This document shows positions 50,885 to 59,270 of a stretch of 64,000 nucleotides of DNA, one piece after another. The stretch's first letter is position 1. Each line of letters begins with the position of its first letter. The stretch lies in contig OY968796.1 of assembly GCA_963695545.1 (NCBI GenBank), positions 32,001-96,000 on the forward strand, written 5' to 3'. The DNA comes from Terriglobia bacterium (lineage in GTDB: Bacteria > Acidobacteriota > Terriglobia > Acidiferrales > UBA7541). Below the pieces are notes generated by a model. The model was not told the DNA's origin and did no database searches. It saw only the letters and a list, made by a program, of their open reading frames with translations. Made by a program: the position numbers and the translations under genes.

Positions 50885-51466
50885 TTACTTCGCCACGTGA
50901 TATTTCTGATCGAGCGCGATATTCAACAGCAGCACGTTGACGCGCGGCTCGCCCAGGAATCCCAAATCGGGCCGCTGCGTAAACTGCGCGATCAACGGCT
51001 CAATCTGATCCTGCGAAACGCCGCGCGCTTTTGCCACGCGCGCAGCCTGCGCCTCGGCTGCAGCCGGGCTGATGTGCGGATCAAGACCGCTCGCAGACGT
51101 CGTGAGAATGTCCGATGGAATGTCGCCCGTGAAATCGGGATTCTCCTTGCGGAAAGCCGCAACCGAGGCCTGCAAGCGTGTCATCAGCGCCTGACTCGTC
51201 GGCCCGAGGTTGGACCCGCCTGACGCCGTCGGGTCGTATCCGTTCCCGGCGACCGAGGGCCGCGGATGAAAATATTCTGGCTTCGTAAATCCTTGCGCGA
51301 TGAGGCTCGATCCGACAACGTTTCCGTTCACGGTGACCAGGCTGCCGTTCGCCTGCTTCGGAAAAACCAATTGCGACACGCCGGTCATCACCGCGGGATA
51401 AAGCAGACCGGTGAGAATCGTGAAAACCACCATCAATCGAAATCCGGGTCCAAGTTCCTTGATCAT
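50885..51466 (-). CDS. kdpC: K+-transporting ATPase subunit C
   Basis: GLLYP, ANGSL, YFHPRPS, SGGSNLGP, SASGLDPHIS and GEPRVNVLLLN. Confidence 0.97.
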   Translation of the reverse strand: MIKELGPGFRLMVVFTILTGLLYPAVMTGVSQLVFPKQANGSLVTVNGNVVGSSLIAQGFTKPEYFHPRPSVAGNGYDPTASGGSNLGPTSQALMTRLQASVAAFRKENPDFTGDIPSDILTTSASGLDPHISPAAAEAQAARVAKARGVSQDQIEPLIAQFTQRPDLGFLGEPRVNVLLLNIALDQKYHVAK

Positions 51467-51476
51467 TTGCTGCTCC

Positions 51477-53603
51477 TTACGCCAAGTGCATCGCGACGAT
51501 GATCTTGTCGATCAGCCAAATCCCCGGGAACGGCACGATGATTCCGCCGAGTCCGTAGATCAATAGATTGCGGCTCAGCATTTGCCCCGCGCTGACGGGT
51601 TTATACTGCACGCCGCGCAACGCAAGCGGTACGAGAGCGATGATGATGAGCGCGTTGAATATCACCGCGGCCAGCACTGCGCTTTGCGGCGAGTGCAATC
51701 CCATGATGTTCAGCTTGTTCAGTTCGGGATAAATGGACGCGAACATCGCGGGAATAATCGCGAAATATTTCGCCACGTCGTTGGCGATCGAAAAAGTGGT
51801 CAGCGAGCCGCGCGTGATCAGCAATTGTTTTCCGATGGCTACGATTTCGATCAGCTTGGTCGGATTGCTATCGAGATCGACCATGTTGCCGGCCTCTTTC
51901 GCGGCCATGGTTCCCGTGTTCATGGCCACGCCGACATCGGCCTGCGCCAGCGCCGGCGCGTCGTTGGTTCCATCGCCGGTCATCGCGACCAGGCGCCCTT
52001 CGGCTTGTTCCTTGCGGATATATTCCAATTTATCTTTCGGCGTGGCTTGCGCGAGGAAATCGTCCACGCCGGCTTCTTGCGCGATGGCCGCCGCAGTCAA
52101 GGGATTGTCTCCGGTGATCATCACCGAACGAATTCCCATTGCGCGCAACGAGGCCAGGCGCTCCGCCATTCCGCCTTTCACGATGTCTTTGAGATAAATC
52201 ACTCCGAGAGCTCGCGAGCCATCCGCCACAGCGAGCGGAGTTCCGCCGTTTCTCGAAATGCGATCGGAAGTCTCCAGAAGAGATTGCGGTACGGTGCCGC
52301 CCGCATCTTTCACGAATTGTGCGATCGCGTCGGTCGCGCCCTTTCGCAGGCGGCGGCCGCCCATGTCCACGCCGCTCATGCGCGTGTACGCCGAAAACTC
52401 GATGAACTGCGCGTTCTGCTCCGCGATTTCGCGCCCGCGGAGTCCATATTTTTCTTTGGCCAGCACCACGACCGAGCGTCCCTCCGGAGTTTCATCGGCG
52501 AGGCTGGAGAGCTGCGCCGCGTCCGCCAGTTCGCTTTCGCTCACGCCCTCGACGGGTATGAATTCGACGGCTTGGCGATTGCCCAGCGTGATGGTTCCCG
52601 TTTTATCGAGAAGCAAAGTGTTCACGTCGCCTGAAGCTTCCACGGCCTTTCCGCTCATGGCCAGAACGTTGTGTTGCATCACGCGATCCATTCCGGCGAT
52701 GCCGATCGCGGAAAGCAATCCGCCGATGGTCGTCGGAATCAAGCAAACCAGCAAAGACACGAGGACGGCGACCGACGGAATATTCCCGGTTCCGACCGTT
52801 CCGATTGCGTATTTCGCATACGGCGGAAGTGTTGCCACCGCCATCAGGAAAATTAATGTGAGTCCAGCGATCAAAATATTCAGCGCGATTTCGTTGGGCG
52901 TCTTCTGGCGCACCGCGCCCTCGACCAGCGCGATCATGCGGTCCAGAAACGTTTCGCCCGGATTGGAAGTGATCTGGATTTTGATGTGGTCGGACAACAC
53001 CTTCGTCCCGCCGGTCACCGCGCTGCGGTCGCCGCCGGATTCGCGGATCACCGGAGCGCTTTCTCCCGTGATCACGGACTCATCCACGCTGGCGACGCCG
53101 TCGATGACCTCGCCGTCTCCCGGTATCAGATCGCCCGCTTCGCAAAACACAACATCGCCCGCGCGCAGTTTCGCGCCCGAGATCATTTCAAAACATCCGT
53201 CGGGCCGAACCTTGCGAGCCATTGTGTCCACTTTGGTCTTGCGCAATGCGTCGGCTTGCGCCTTTCCGCGCGCTTCCGCCATGGCTTCCGCAAAATTTGC
53301 AAAAAGAACCGTGAACCAAAGCCACAGTGCGATCTGAATGCCGAAAAGAAGATTGCCGGCGTGCGTGAACGCATCCTTGATCACGTAAATCGTGATCAGC
53401 GCCGCGCCGACCTCGACCACAAACATCACGGGGTTTTTCGCCACCAGCATCGGATTGAGCTTCACGAACGACTCTTTGGTCGCGCGTTTCACGATCTCCG
53501 GATCGAACAACGGGCGCGAGCGCGCGCCGCGCGAAATCAATTGCGCGCCGTCCTGCTTCAATTCCTGCTTGCTCTCAACCGGAGGTGCACTTAGCGTCGG
53601 CAT
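51477..53603 (-). CDS. kdpB: K+-transporting P-type ATPase subunit B
   Basis: [29 protein letters not shown] and [17 protein letters not shown] before ATG 53603. Confidence 0.97.
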   Translation of the reverse strand: MPTLSAPPVESKQELKQDGAQLISRGARSRPLFDPEIVKRATKESFVKLNPMLVAKNPVMFVVEVGAALITIYVIKDAFTHAGNLLFGIQIALWLWFTVLFANFAEAMAEARGKAQADALRKTKVDTMARKVRPDGCFEMISGAKLRAGDVVFCEAGDLIPGDGEVIDGVASVDESVITGESAPVIRESGGDRSAVTGGTKVLSDHIKIQITSNPGETFLDRMIALVEGAVRQKTPNEIALNILIAGLTLIFLMAVATLPPYAKYAIGTVGTGNIPSVAVLVSLLVCLIPTTIGGLLSAIGIAGMDRVMQHNVLAMSGKAVEASGDVNTLLLDKTGTITLGNRQAVEFIPVEGVSESELADAAQLSSLADETPEGRSVVVLAKEKYGLRGREIAEQNAQFIEFSAYTRMSGVDMGGRRLRKGATDAIAQFVKDAGGTVPQSLLETSDRISRNGGTPLAVADGSRALGVIYLKDIVKGGMAERLASLRAMGIRSVMITGDNPLTAAAIAQEAGVDDFLAQATPKDKLEYIRKEQAEGRLVAMTGDGTNDAPALAQADVGVAMNTGTMAAKEAGNMVDLDSNPTKLIEIVAIGKQLLITRGSLTTFSIANDVAKYFAIIPAMFASIYPELNKLNIMGLHSPQSAVLAAVIFNALIIIALVPLALRGVQYKPVSAGQMLSRNLLIYGLGGIIVPFPGIWLIDKIIVAMHLA

Positions 53604-53628
53604 TTTCGGATCCTCATTCGCAATAGGG

Positions 53629-55416
53629 TCAGAACAATTTCCCGTTGAGCATTTGCAAATGCTCAACGATGGGACCAAGCGAGAGCGCGGGGAAATATGT
53701 GAGCGCGCCCACGATGATCACGGTCCCTACCACCAGAACCACAAACAACGATCCCGTCGTAGGCAATGTGCCGCTGGTCACCGGAATCAGTTTCTTGGAA
53801 GCCAGACTGCCGGCGATGGCCAGCGCCGGGATGATGAACAAGAATCTTCCAACCAGCATGTCGATTCCGAGCGTCAGGCTGTACCACGGCGTGTTGGCAT
53901 TGATTCCCGCGAACGCGCTGCCGTTATTGCCGGCGCCGCTCGAGTACATGTAGAGGATCTCGGAAAAGCCGTGCGCGCCTCCGTTGCCCAGATTCGCGAT
54001 GGCCGGTCCAGGTGAGTTCCAGTAATGGTTCGGCGCAAACTTCGCGACCGAGCTGAGCGCGGTAAAGCCGAGAATCACGAACGCGGTCGCCAGCACGGCG
54101 ATAATGGCCATCTTGACTTCTTTTTGCTCGATCTTTTTGCCGACATATTCGGGAGTGCGGCCGACCATCAGTCCGCCGATAAAAACAGCGACGATGACGT
54201 ATATCAACATGCTGTAAAGACCCGCGCCGACGCCTCCAAAGATCACCTCATCAGTCTGAATATTGAACAGCGGCACCAGGCCGCCGATCGGCGTGAAACT
54301 ATCGTGCATGCCAATCACGGCGCCGCAACTCGCATCGGTCGTCACCGTGGCAAACAAGGCCGTCATCGCATTGCCGAACCGAACCTCCTTGCCTTCCATG
54401 TTGCCGCCCGGCTGGCTGGTGGTGTACGCGCGTTCGATGCCCGTATTGCCGATCATCGGATTTCCGCGCTGCTCAGCCCAATAGCAGATGAACGCTCCCG
54501 CAAGAAACATCGCGGACATCGCGGCAAAAATCGCCCAACCCTGCCGCGTATCCCGCACCATCTTGCCGAATTGATAGGTGAGTCCGGCGCCGAGCGAAAA
54601 GATCAGCGTCAATTGCAGAAAATTCGACAGAGGAGTCGGATTCTCGAATGGGTGCGCGGAGTTGGCGTTGAAAATTCCGCCGCCATTGGTTCCCAGCATT
54701 TTGATGGCTTCCTGTGACGCTACTGGCCCTCGCTCGATCATCTGGGTTGCGCCTTCGAGGGTGGTTACGGTGGCGGGGCCTTTGAAGGTTTGCGCCGCTC
54801 CTTGCCAGACGAATAGCAGCGTCGCCACGAAGCAAATGGGAAGCAGGATGTAAACCGTGCAACGTGTCACGTCGACCCAGAAATTGCCGATGGTTTTCAC
54901 CGAGTGCCGCGCGAACCCGCGAATCATGGCCACGGCAACCGCGATTCCGACCGCGGCGGACACAAAATTCTGCACCGCGAATGCCGCCATATTCGTGAAG
55001 TAGCTGACTGTGGTGTCCGGTGAATAGGACTGCCAGTTCGTGTTCGTCGTGAAGCTGACCGCGTTGTTGAACGCCAGGTCCGGTGTCATCGGCGTGGCGT
55101 TCTGTGGCGCGTTCGCCGTCGAGAAGTGCATCGGGTTCAGCGGCAGATGCCCCTGCAGCCGCTGGATCACATACACAAAGAGCACGCTGAAAATGCTCAG
55201 CGAGATCATGGACGCTGCGTAACGCAGCCAGGTCTGCTCCTCATCCTCGCGGACTCCGCCAAGCCAATAAATCAGACGCTCGAGCGGCCGCAAGATCGGA
55301 TGAAGCAACGTCCGCTGGCCCTCGAACACCCGGTACATGAACATGCCCACGGGCTTCGTAATGGCCAATATCACCAAGAAATAGATTACGATCAGCGCGA
55401 TCCCAATAGCAGTCAT
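53629..55416 (-). CDS. kdpA: K+-transporting ATPase subunit A
   Basis: [37 protein letters not shown] and NNGSAFAG. Confidence 0.97.
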   Translation of the reverse strand: MTAIGIALIVIYFLVILAITKPVGMFMYRVFEGQRTLLHPILRPLERLIYWLGGVREDEEQTWLRYAASMISLSIFSVLFVYVIQRLQGHLPLNPMHFSTANAPQNATPMTPDLAFNNAVSFTTNTNWQSYSPDTTVSYFTNMAAFAVQNFVSAAVGIAVAVAMIRGFARHSVKTIGNFWVDVTRCTVYILLPICFVATLLFVWQGAAQTFKGPATVTTLEGATQMIERGPVASQEAIKMLGTNGGGIFNANSAHPFENPTPLSNFLQLTLIFSLGAGLTYQFGKMVRDTRQGWAIFAAMSAMFLAGAFICYWAEQRGNPMIGNTGIERAYTTSQPGGNMEGKEVRFGNAMTALFATVTTDASCGAVIGMHDSFTPIGGLVPLFNIQTDEVIFGGVGAGLYSMLIYVIVAVFIGGLMVGRTPEYVGKKIEQKEVKMAIIAVLATAFVILGFTALSSVAKFAPNHYWNSPGPAIANLGNGGAHGFSEILYMYSSGAGNNGSAFAGINANTPWYSLTLGIDMLVGRFLFIIPALAIAGSLASKKLIPVTSGTLPTTGSLFVVLVVGTVIIVGALTYFPALSLGPIVEHLQMLNGKLF

Positions 55417-55425
55417 CTCACCACC

Positions 55426-55509
55426 TCAAAATTTTTCCGGCCGCAACAGTGCGTACATCAGGTACACGAACAAACCCGCCGAAACGATTCCCGCGATCAC
55501 GTATTCCAC
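55426..55509 (-). CDS. kdpF: KdpF subunit (27 aa, not in ORF track)
   Basis: MEYVIAGIVSAGLFVYLMYALLRPEKF carries the YL.YALL.PE.F signature and lies 9 nt upstream of kdpA. Confidence 0.92.
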   Translation of the reverse strand: MEYVIAGIVSAGLFVYLMYALLRPEKF

Positions 55510-55518
55510 GGCAACCCC

Positions 55519-55602
55519 CTAAAGACGATCGGACGCCTTAGTGAACGCCCAAAGCACAACGAAAGAGACAATCAAGATCGCAACATAGAAAATATCCAGC
55601 AC
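55519..55602 (-). CDS. Second small hydrophobic kdp-associated peptide (27 aa, not in ORF track)
   Basis: MLDIFYVAILIVSFVVLWAFTKASDRL, with a GAGGTG RBS before the GTG start. Stops 9 nt upstream of kdpF. Confidence 0.75.
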   Translation of the reverse strand: MLDIFYVAILIVSFVVLWAFTKASDRL

Positions 55603-55664
55603 AATTCACCTCTCCCATTCCGCGGCGCTTGGATGAAACGTCTCCGCCGCCGCGGTTGCAAACC

Positions 55665-56234
55665 TTATCGATTCGGCGCACGCGACTCTTTTTCGATCAC
55701 GCGATAGACGGCCGCGAGCCGCAGGCCATCGGACTGCGGCTCCGCGCGATCTTTCACCGCGGAATCGACGAAGACCACGTGATGTCCCATCTTTTGCAGC
55801 CTCCGCGCGAGCCGGCGTTCCCTGATCCTCCACCACTGAGAGCTTCCGCCGATGACGATCAGCGAATGTGGCGCCAGCGTCTGCTTCAAAGCCTCCACGC
55901 GGTCGCGGCAAAGCAGGATCCGAATCGCGATTTGTTCATCGATGATTTCTGCCTCCGCGACGAGATCGATGTAGCGTCGCTTCAAAATCTCAATCGCTAC
56001 GTGCGGCCGGTCCAAAGAAATCTGGATTGGCACGACGTGCGGCGCGAGCAGCACAATGTCGGCGCCGAGGTGCCTCGCCAGATCCGCGGCAGCCTTCAAT
56101 GCGGCCACAGTTCCATCGTGCGTGGTGTTGACCACGGTGACGCGCAGCTTCGGGTCCGGGCTCGCTTGCGGCACCTCAACGTGCGCGCCGGCCGCCGGAA
56201 CCGCTTCCATCTCGCGTATGCGACTGCTCTCCAT
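55665..56234 (-). CDS. Hypothetical protein, probable universal-stress-protein (Usp)-like fold
   Basis: LRVTVVNT...AALKAAADLARHLGADIVLL.PHVVP...LIVIGG resembles the Usp beta/alpha pattern. First gene of the kdp transcription unit. Confidence 0.55.
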   Translation of the reverse strand: MESSRIREMEAVPAAGAHVEVPQASPDPKLRVTVVNTTHDGTVAALKAAADLARHLGADIVLLAPHVVPIQISLDRPHVAIEILKRRYIDLVAEAEIIDEQIAIRILLCRDRVEALKQTLAPHSLIVIGGSSQWWRIRERRLARRLQKMGHHVVFVDSAVKDRAEPQSDGLRLAAVYRVIEKESRAPNR

Positions 56235-56241
56235 AGCCGCT

Positions 56242-56296
56242 ACCGTAGACCCACGGAGCTAAGGGAGTCATAAACACGAAATAAATAATTCATAAA
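56242..56296 (-). promoter_or_regulatory. Putative KdpE-activated promoter 1 (four 11-bp-spaced boxes plus -10)
   Basis: Minus strand reads TTTATG-aatta-TTTATT-tcgtg-TTTATG-actcc-CTTAGC-10 nt-TACGGT. Confidence 0.65.
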
Positions 56297-56310
56297 TTCG
56301 CAACCCTCCA

Positions 56311-57015
56311 TCAGTGCGCCACCTCGGACGGCACTTCCAGGCGGTATCCGACCCAAGGTTCTGTCAAAAGATACTTCGGGTTTCTCGACGACCGTTCGAT
56401 TTTCTTCCGCAGTCGATTCACGAAAACGTGCAAATACTCCTGCTCGTCCCCGTAATCCGGTCCCCAAACGGCTTGCAGCAATTCACGGTGCGTAACGGTC
56501 CGGTTTGCGTGCGAGGCGAGATAGGAGAGCAGGTCAAATTCCTTGGACGTCAGCCGCACCGGGTCGCCGTGCGCGATCACCCTCCGAGCCTGAAAATCAA
56601 TTTCTACTCCACCCAAGTGCAGGCTGGTGGCGCCCGACTCCGAATGAAAACTCGTTCTGCGAAGCGCGGCGCGCACGCGGGCCAGCAGTTCCGATATGCC
56701 AAACGGCTTGGTCACGTAATCGTCGGCGCCGGCGTCGAAAGCCTCGACCTTGTCGCGTTGGCCGTCGCGCACGGTCAGCATGATCACGGCAATATCCGAC
56801 GTGGCGCGAATCTCGCGGCAGGTTTCGATACCGCTGATGCCGTGGAGATTGATGTCCAGCAGAACCAAGTCGTAGCGATCCGCGCGGAGGAGCTCCAGGG
56901 CGTCTTCTCCGCTGCGAGCGTCCGCAACCTCGTAGCCCTGTGCGACGAGCGTGGTTCGCATCACGCGCCGAATCTGCGGTTCATCGTCCACCACCAGGAT
57001 GCGACCTTGATTCAT
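56311..57015 (-). CDS. kdpE: KdpE-like OmpR family response regulator
   Basis: ILVVDDEPQI, GADDYVTKPF, ELLQAVWGPDY, LHVFVNRLRKKIE and TEPWVGYR. ATG 57015 overlaps the upstream TGA. Confidence 0.88.
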   Translation of the reverse strand: MNQGRILVVDDEPQIRRVMRTTLVAQGYEVADARSGEDALELLRADRYDLVLLDINLHGISGIETCREIRATSDIAVIMLTVRDGQRDKVEAFDAGADDYVTKPFGISELLARVRAALRRTSFHSESGATSLHLGGVEIDFQARRVIAHGDPVRLTSKEFDLLSYLASHANRTVTHRELLQAVWGPDYGDEQEYLHVFVNRLRKKIERSSRNPKYLLTEPWVGYRLEVPSEVAH

Positions 57016-57272
57016 ACCCTCACCTCGCCCGAACCACGCCGTGCTTCGCGCCCCGCGTCGCGTCCGGCGGCCCACCATCTCCGCACGGCAATGCCCGACC
57101 ACACAATCTCAACCAACCCAAACGGCCACGCGCCCTGAAGAAACCCGTAAGCCGAACCCAGCAGGCAGGCTCCAGCGAACCCGGCGGTGAACCAACGATT
57201 GCGTTTTTCGAGCGCGTAGCACACCACCATCGCGGTAACCGCAACCAGGCCAAAAATTGTGAGCGGCGTCAC
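57012..57272 (-). CDS. Small membrane protein (86 aa, about 3 TM) translationally coupled to kdpE
   Basis: FGLVAVTAMVVCYALE...AYGFLQGAWPFGLVE..W. ATGA overlap with kdpE. Confidence 0.75.
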   Translation of the reverse strand: MTPLTIFGLVAVTAMVVCYALEKRNRWFTAGFAGACLLGSAYGFLQGAWPFGLVEIVWSGIAVRRWWAAGRDAGREARRGSGEVRV

Positions 57273-57328
57273 CCTGCACCCTGAACCCGGAAGTGACTGA
57301 CCAGGTCAATTTCCCTTGTTCCGATACA

Positions 57329-57383
57329 AAGCTAGGCCGCAGCCACTAAGGAAGGCATAAATAGTTCATACGGAATTCGTAAT
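57329..57383 (-). promoter_or_regulatory. Putative KdpE-activated promoter 2 (same geometry as promoter 1)
   Basis: Minus strand reads ATTACG-aattc-CGTATG-aacta-TTTATG-ccttc-CTTAGT-10 nt-TAGCTT. Confidence 0.55.
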
Positions 57384-57664
57384 GGCGGGCCCGGGAGGCG
57401 GCGCGGCGCTAGGAAACCGCCTACTTTATTACGCTGCGCTTTGAGAGGAAAGCTGCTATACTGTCCTTGCGCTTAACACTTCGGTTGTGGCAGTGCGGCT
57501 CTTCTGGTTCAGTAGTTGATCTAAGAATACCCGCCTTCAGTAGCCTCCTGACGTCTTCAAGCGTAGTAACCAAATTTAAGATAAGACTGGCAAAAACAAG
57601 TGGCCGCGCCGGGCCTCGAATTCGTGTGTGCCCCGCGACGCGCTGCCGCCAGCAAGAAAGCAAA

Positions 57665-58981
57665 ATGCAGAATTTTTCAGAATTACCGATATCGTCGTAC
57701 ATGAAAGAAAGGCTGGCTGCGGCTCGTTTTACGATCCCCACGCCGGTGCAAGCCGCGGCGATCCCGCACGCGCTCGAAGGCAAGGATGTGCTGGCAACCG
57801 CGCAGACGGGAACCGGCAAGACGCTCGCGTTCCTGATTCCGATCATCGAACGCCTTCTGCCGCAAACCGCGCGCGAAGTTGCCGCGCTGGTGCTGGTTCC
57901 CACGCGGGAACTCGCCATGCAGGTCGTCGAGCAATACAACGCGCTGCGCGGCAGCAAGCTCTCGCCCGCGGCTCTGGTCGTCGGTGGATTGGCCGAAGGC
58001 CAGCAACTCAGCACGCTCCGCAAAGGAGCGCGCTTGGTGGTGGCAACGCCCGGCCGGCTCGAAGATTTTCTCGATCGAAGACTCATCCACTTCAGCGGAT
58101 TGCAAACGCTCATTCTCGATGAAGCCGATCGCATGCTGGACATGGGATTTCTTCCCGCAATTCGCAGAATCGTGGCCGTGTTGCCCAAGCAGCGCCAAAC
58201 TATGTGTTTCTCCGCCACGCTCGAAGCTTCTGTGGCGCATCTGGTGAATGGCTACATGAAGGATCCGGTTCGCCTGGCCTTCGGCTCCATCCTCAAGCCT
58301 TCGGAGAACGTGCGCCTTCAGGCGTTTGAAGTTCCTCTCGACGGCAAACAGGACGCGCTCAATCGCCTGCTCGCCAACGAAAAAGGCCGCTGCCTGGTTT
58401 TCGCGCGCACCAAACGCGGCACCGAGCGCATCGCCAAAAATCTGATTCGCGATGGCATCGGCGCCGCCATGATTCATGGCGATCGCTCGCAATCCCAGCG
58501 AATCGCGGCGCTCACCGGATTTCAGCAAGGCCGTTATCGCGTGCTGGTGGCCACCGACCTCGCTTCCCGCGGCATTCACGTGCAGGACATCGCTCACGTG
58601 ATCAACTACGATTTGCCCGAAGTCGCGGAAAATTTCATCCATCGCGTCGGCCGCACCGGCCGCGCCGGCGGACGCGGCGTCGCTTCCACACTCTTCGCGC
58701 GAACGCAGCGCAGTGAGATGGATCAATTGGAACGCACTCTCGGCATTCGCATGGAACGCATGCGCATGGAAGGCGTGGCGCCCGCTCGCCCCGATCAGCC
58801 TGAACGATTCGATCGATCCAATCATTCCGATCGCGCCGAGCAATTCGAGCCGCGCAATCACCCTCGCGGCCGCGTGCATATCGCGGCCTCAGCTGGCGAA
58901 GCACGGCTCGGGCCGCGGCTCGTCGTCGCGCTTCCCGGCGAAGTCCTGCAATCGCACGGCGCTGTAAGCGCTGCCGATTGA
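57665..58981 (+). CDS. DEAD-box RNA helicase (RhlE-like)
   Basis: Q motif, AQTGTGKT, PTRELA, TPGRL, DEAD, SAT, HGDRSQ and HRVGRTGRAG. Start at ATG 57665. Confidence 0.95.
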   Translation: MQNFSELPISSYMKERLAAARFTIPTPVQAAAIPHALEGKDVLATAQTGTGKTLAFLIPIIERLLPQTAREVAALVLVPTRELAMQVVEQYNALRGSKLSPAALVVGGLAEGQQLSTLRKGARLVVATPGRLEDFLDRRLIHFSGLQTLILDEADRMLDMGFLPAIRRIVAVLPKQRQTMCFSATLEASVAHLVNGYMKDPVRLAFGSILKPSENVRLQAFEVPLDGKQDALNRLLANEKGRCLVFARTKRGTERIAKNLIRDGIGAAMIHGDRSQSQRIAALTGFQQGRYRVLVATDLASRGIHVQDIAHVINYDLPEVAENFIHRVGRTGRAGGRGVASTLFARTQRSEMDQLERTLGIRMERMRMEGVAPARPDQPERFDRSNHSDRAEQFEPRNHPRGRVHIAASAGEARLGPRLVVALPGEVLQSHGAVSAAD

Positions 58982-59270
58982 AATCGCATTCGGTTTGAAA
59001 CCAAGGGCCGGAAACTCGAGGCTACAATCGAGACCGGCCCGGCGTTTCACGCGGCGAGTGTCGCTCGCTTCGCTGGCGAACGCGAAGTACGTCACGCGCC
59101 CCAAAAGATAATCGAACGAATTCCCTTTCGCGGACATCTAACCGGATGTAGGACCGAGCGCTTGCCGGCGCAAGCCGCTGCGGCCATCAGAGGCATGCTT
59201 CGGGCGCATTTTAGCCGTCACCGTTCCGCAATTTCGCGCGGTTTTGCGTCCCGCGATTCCGGCTCCTCGA

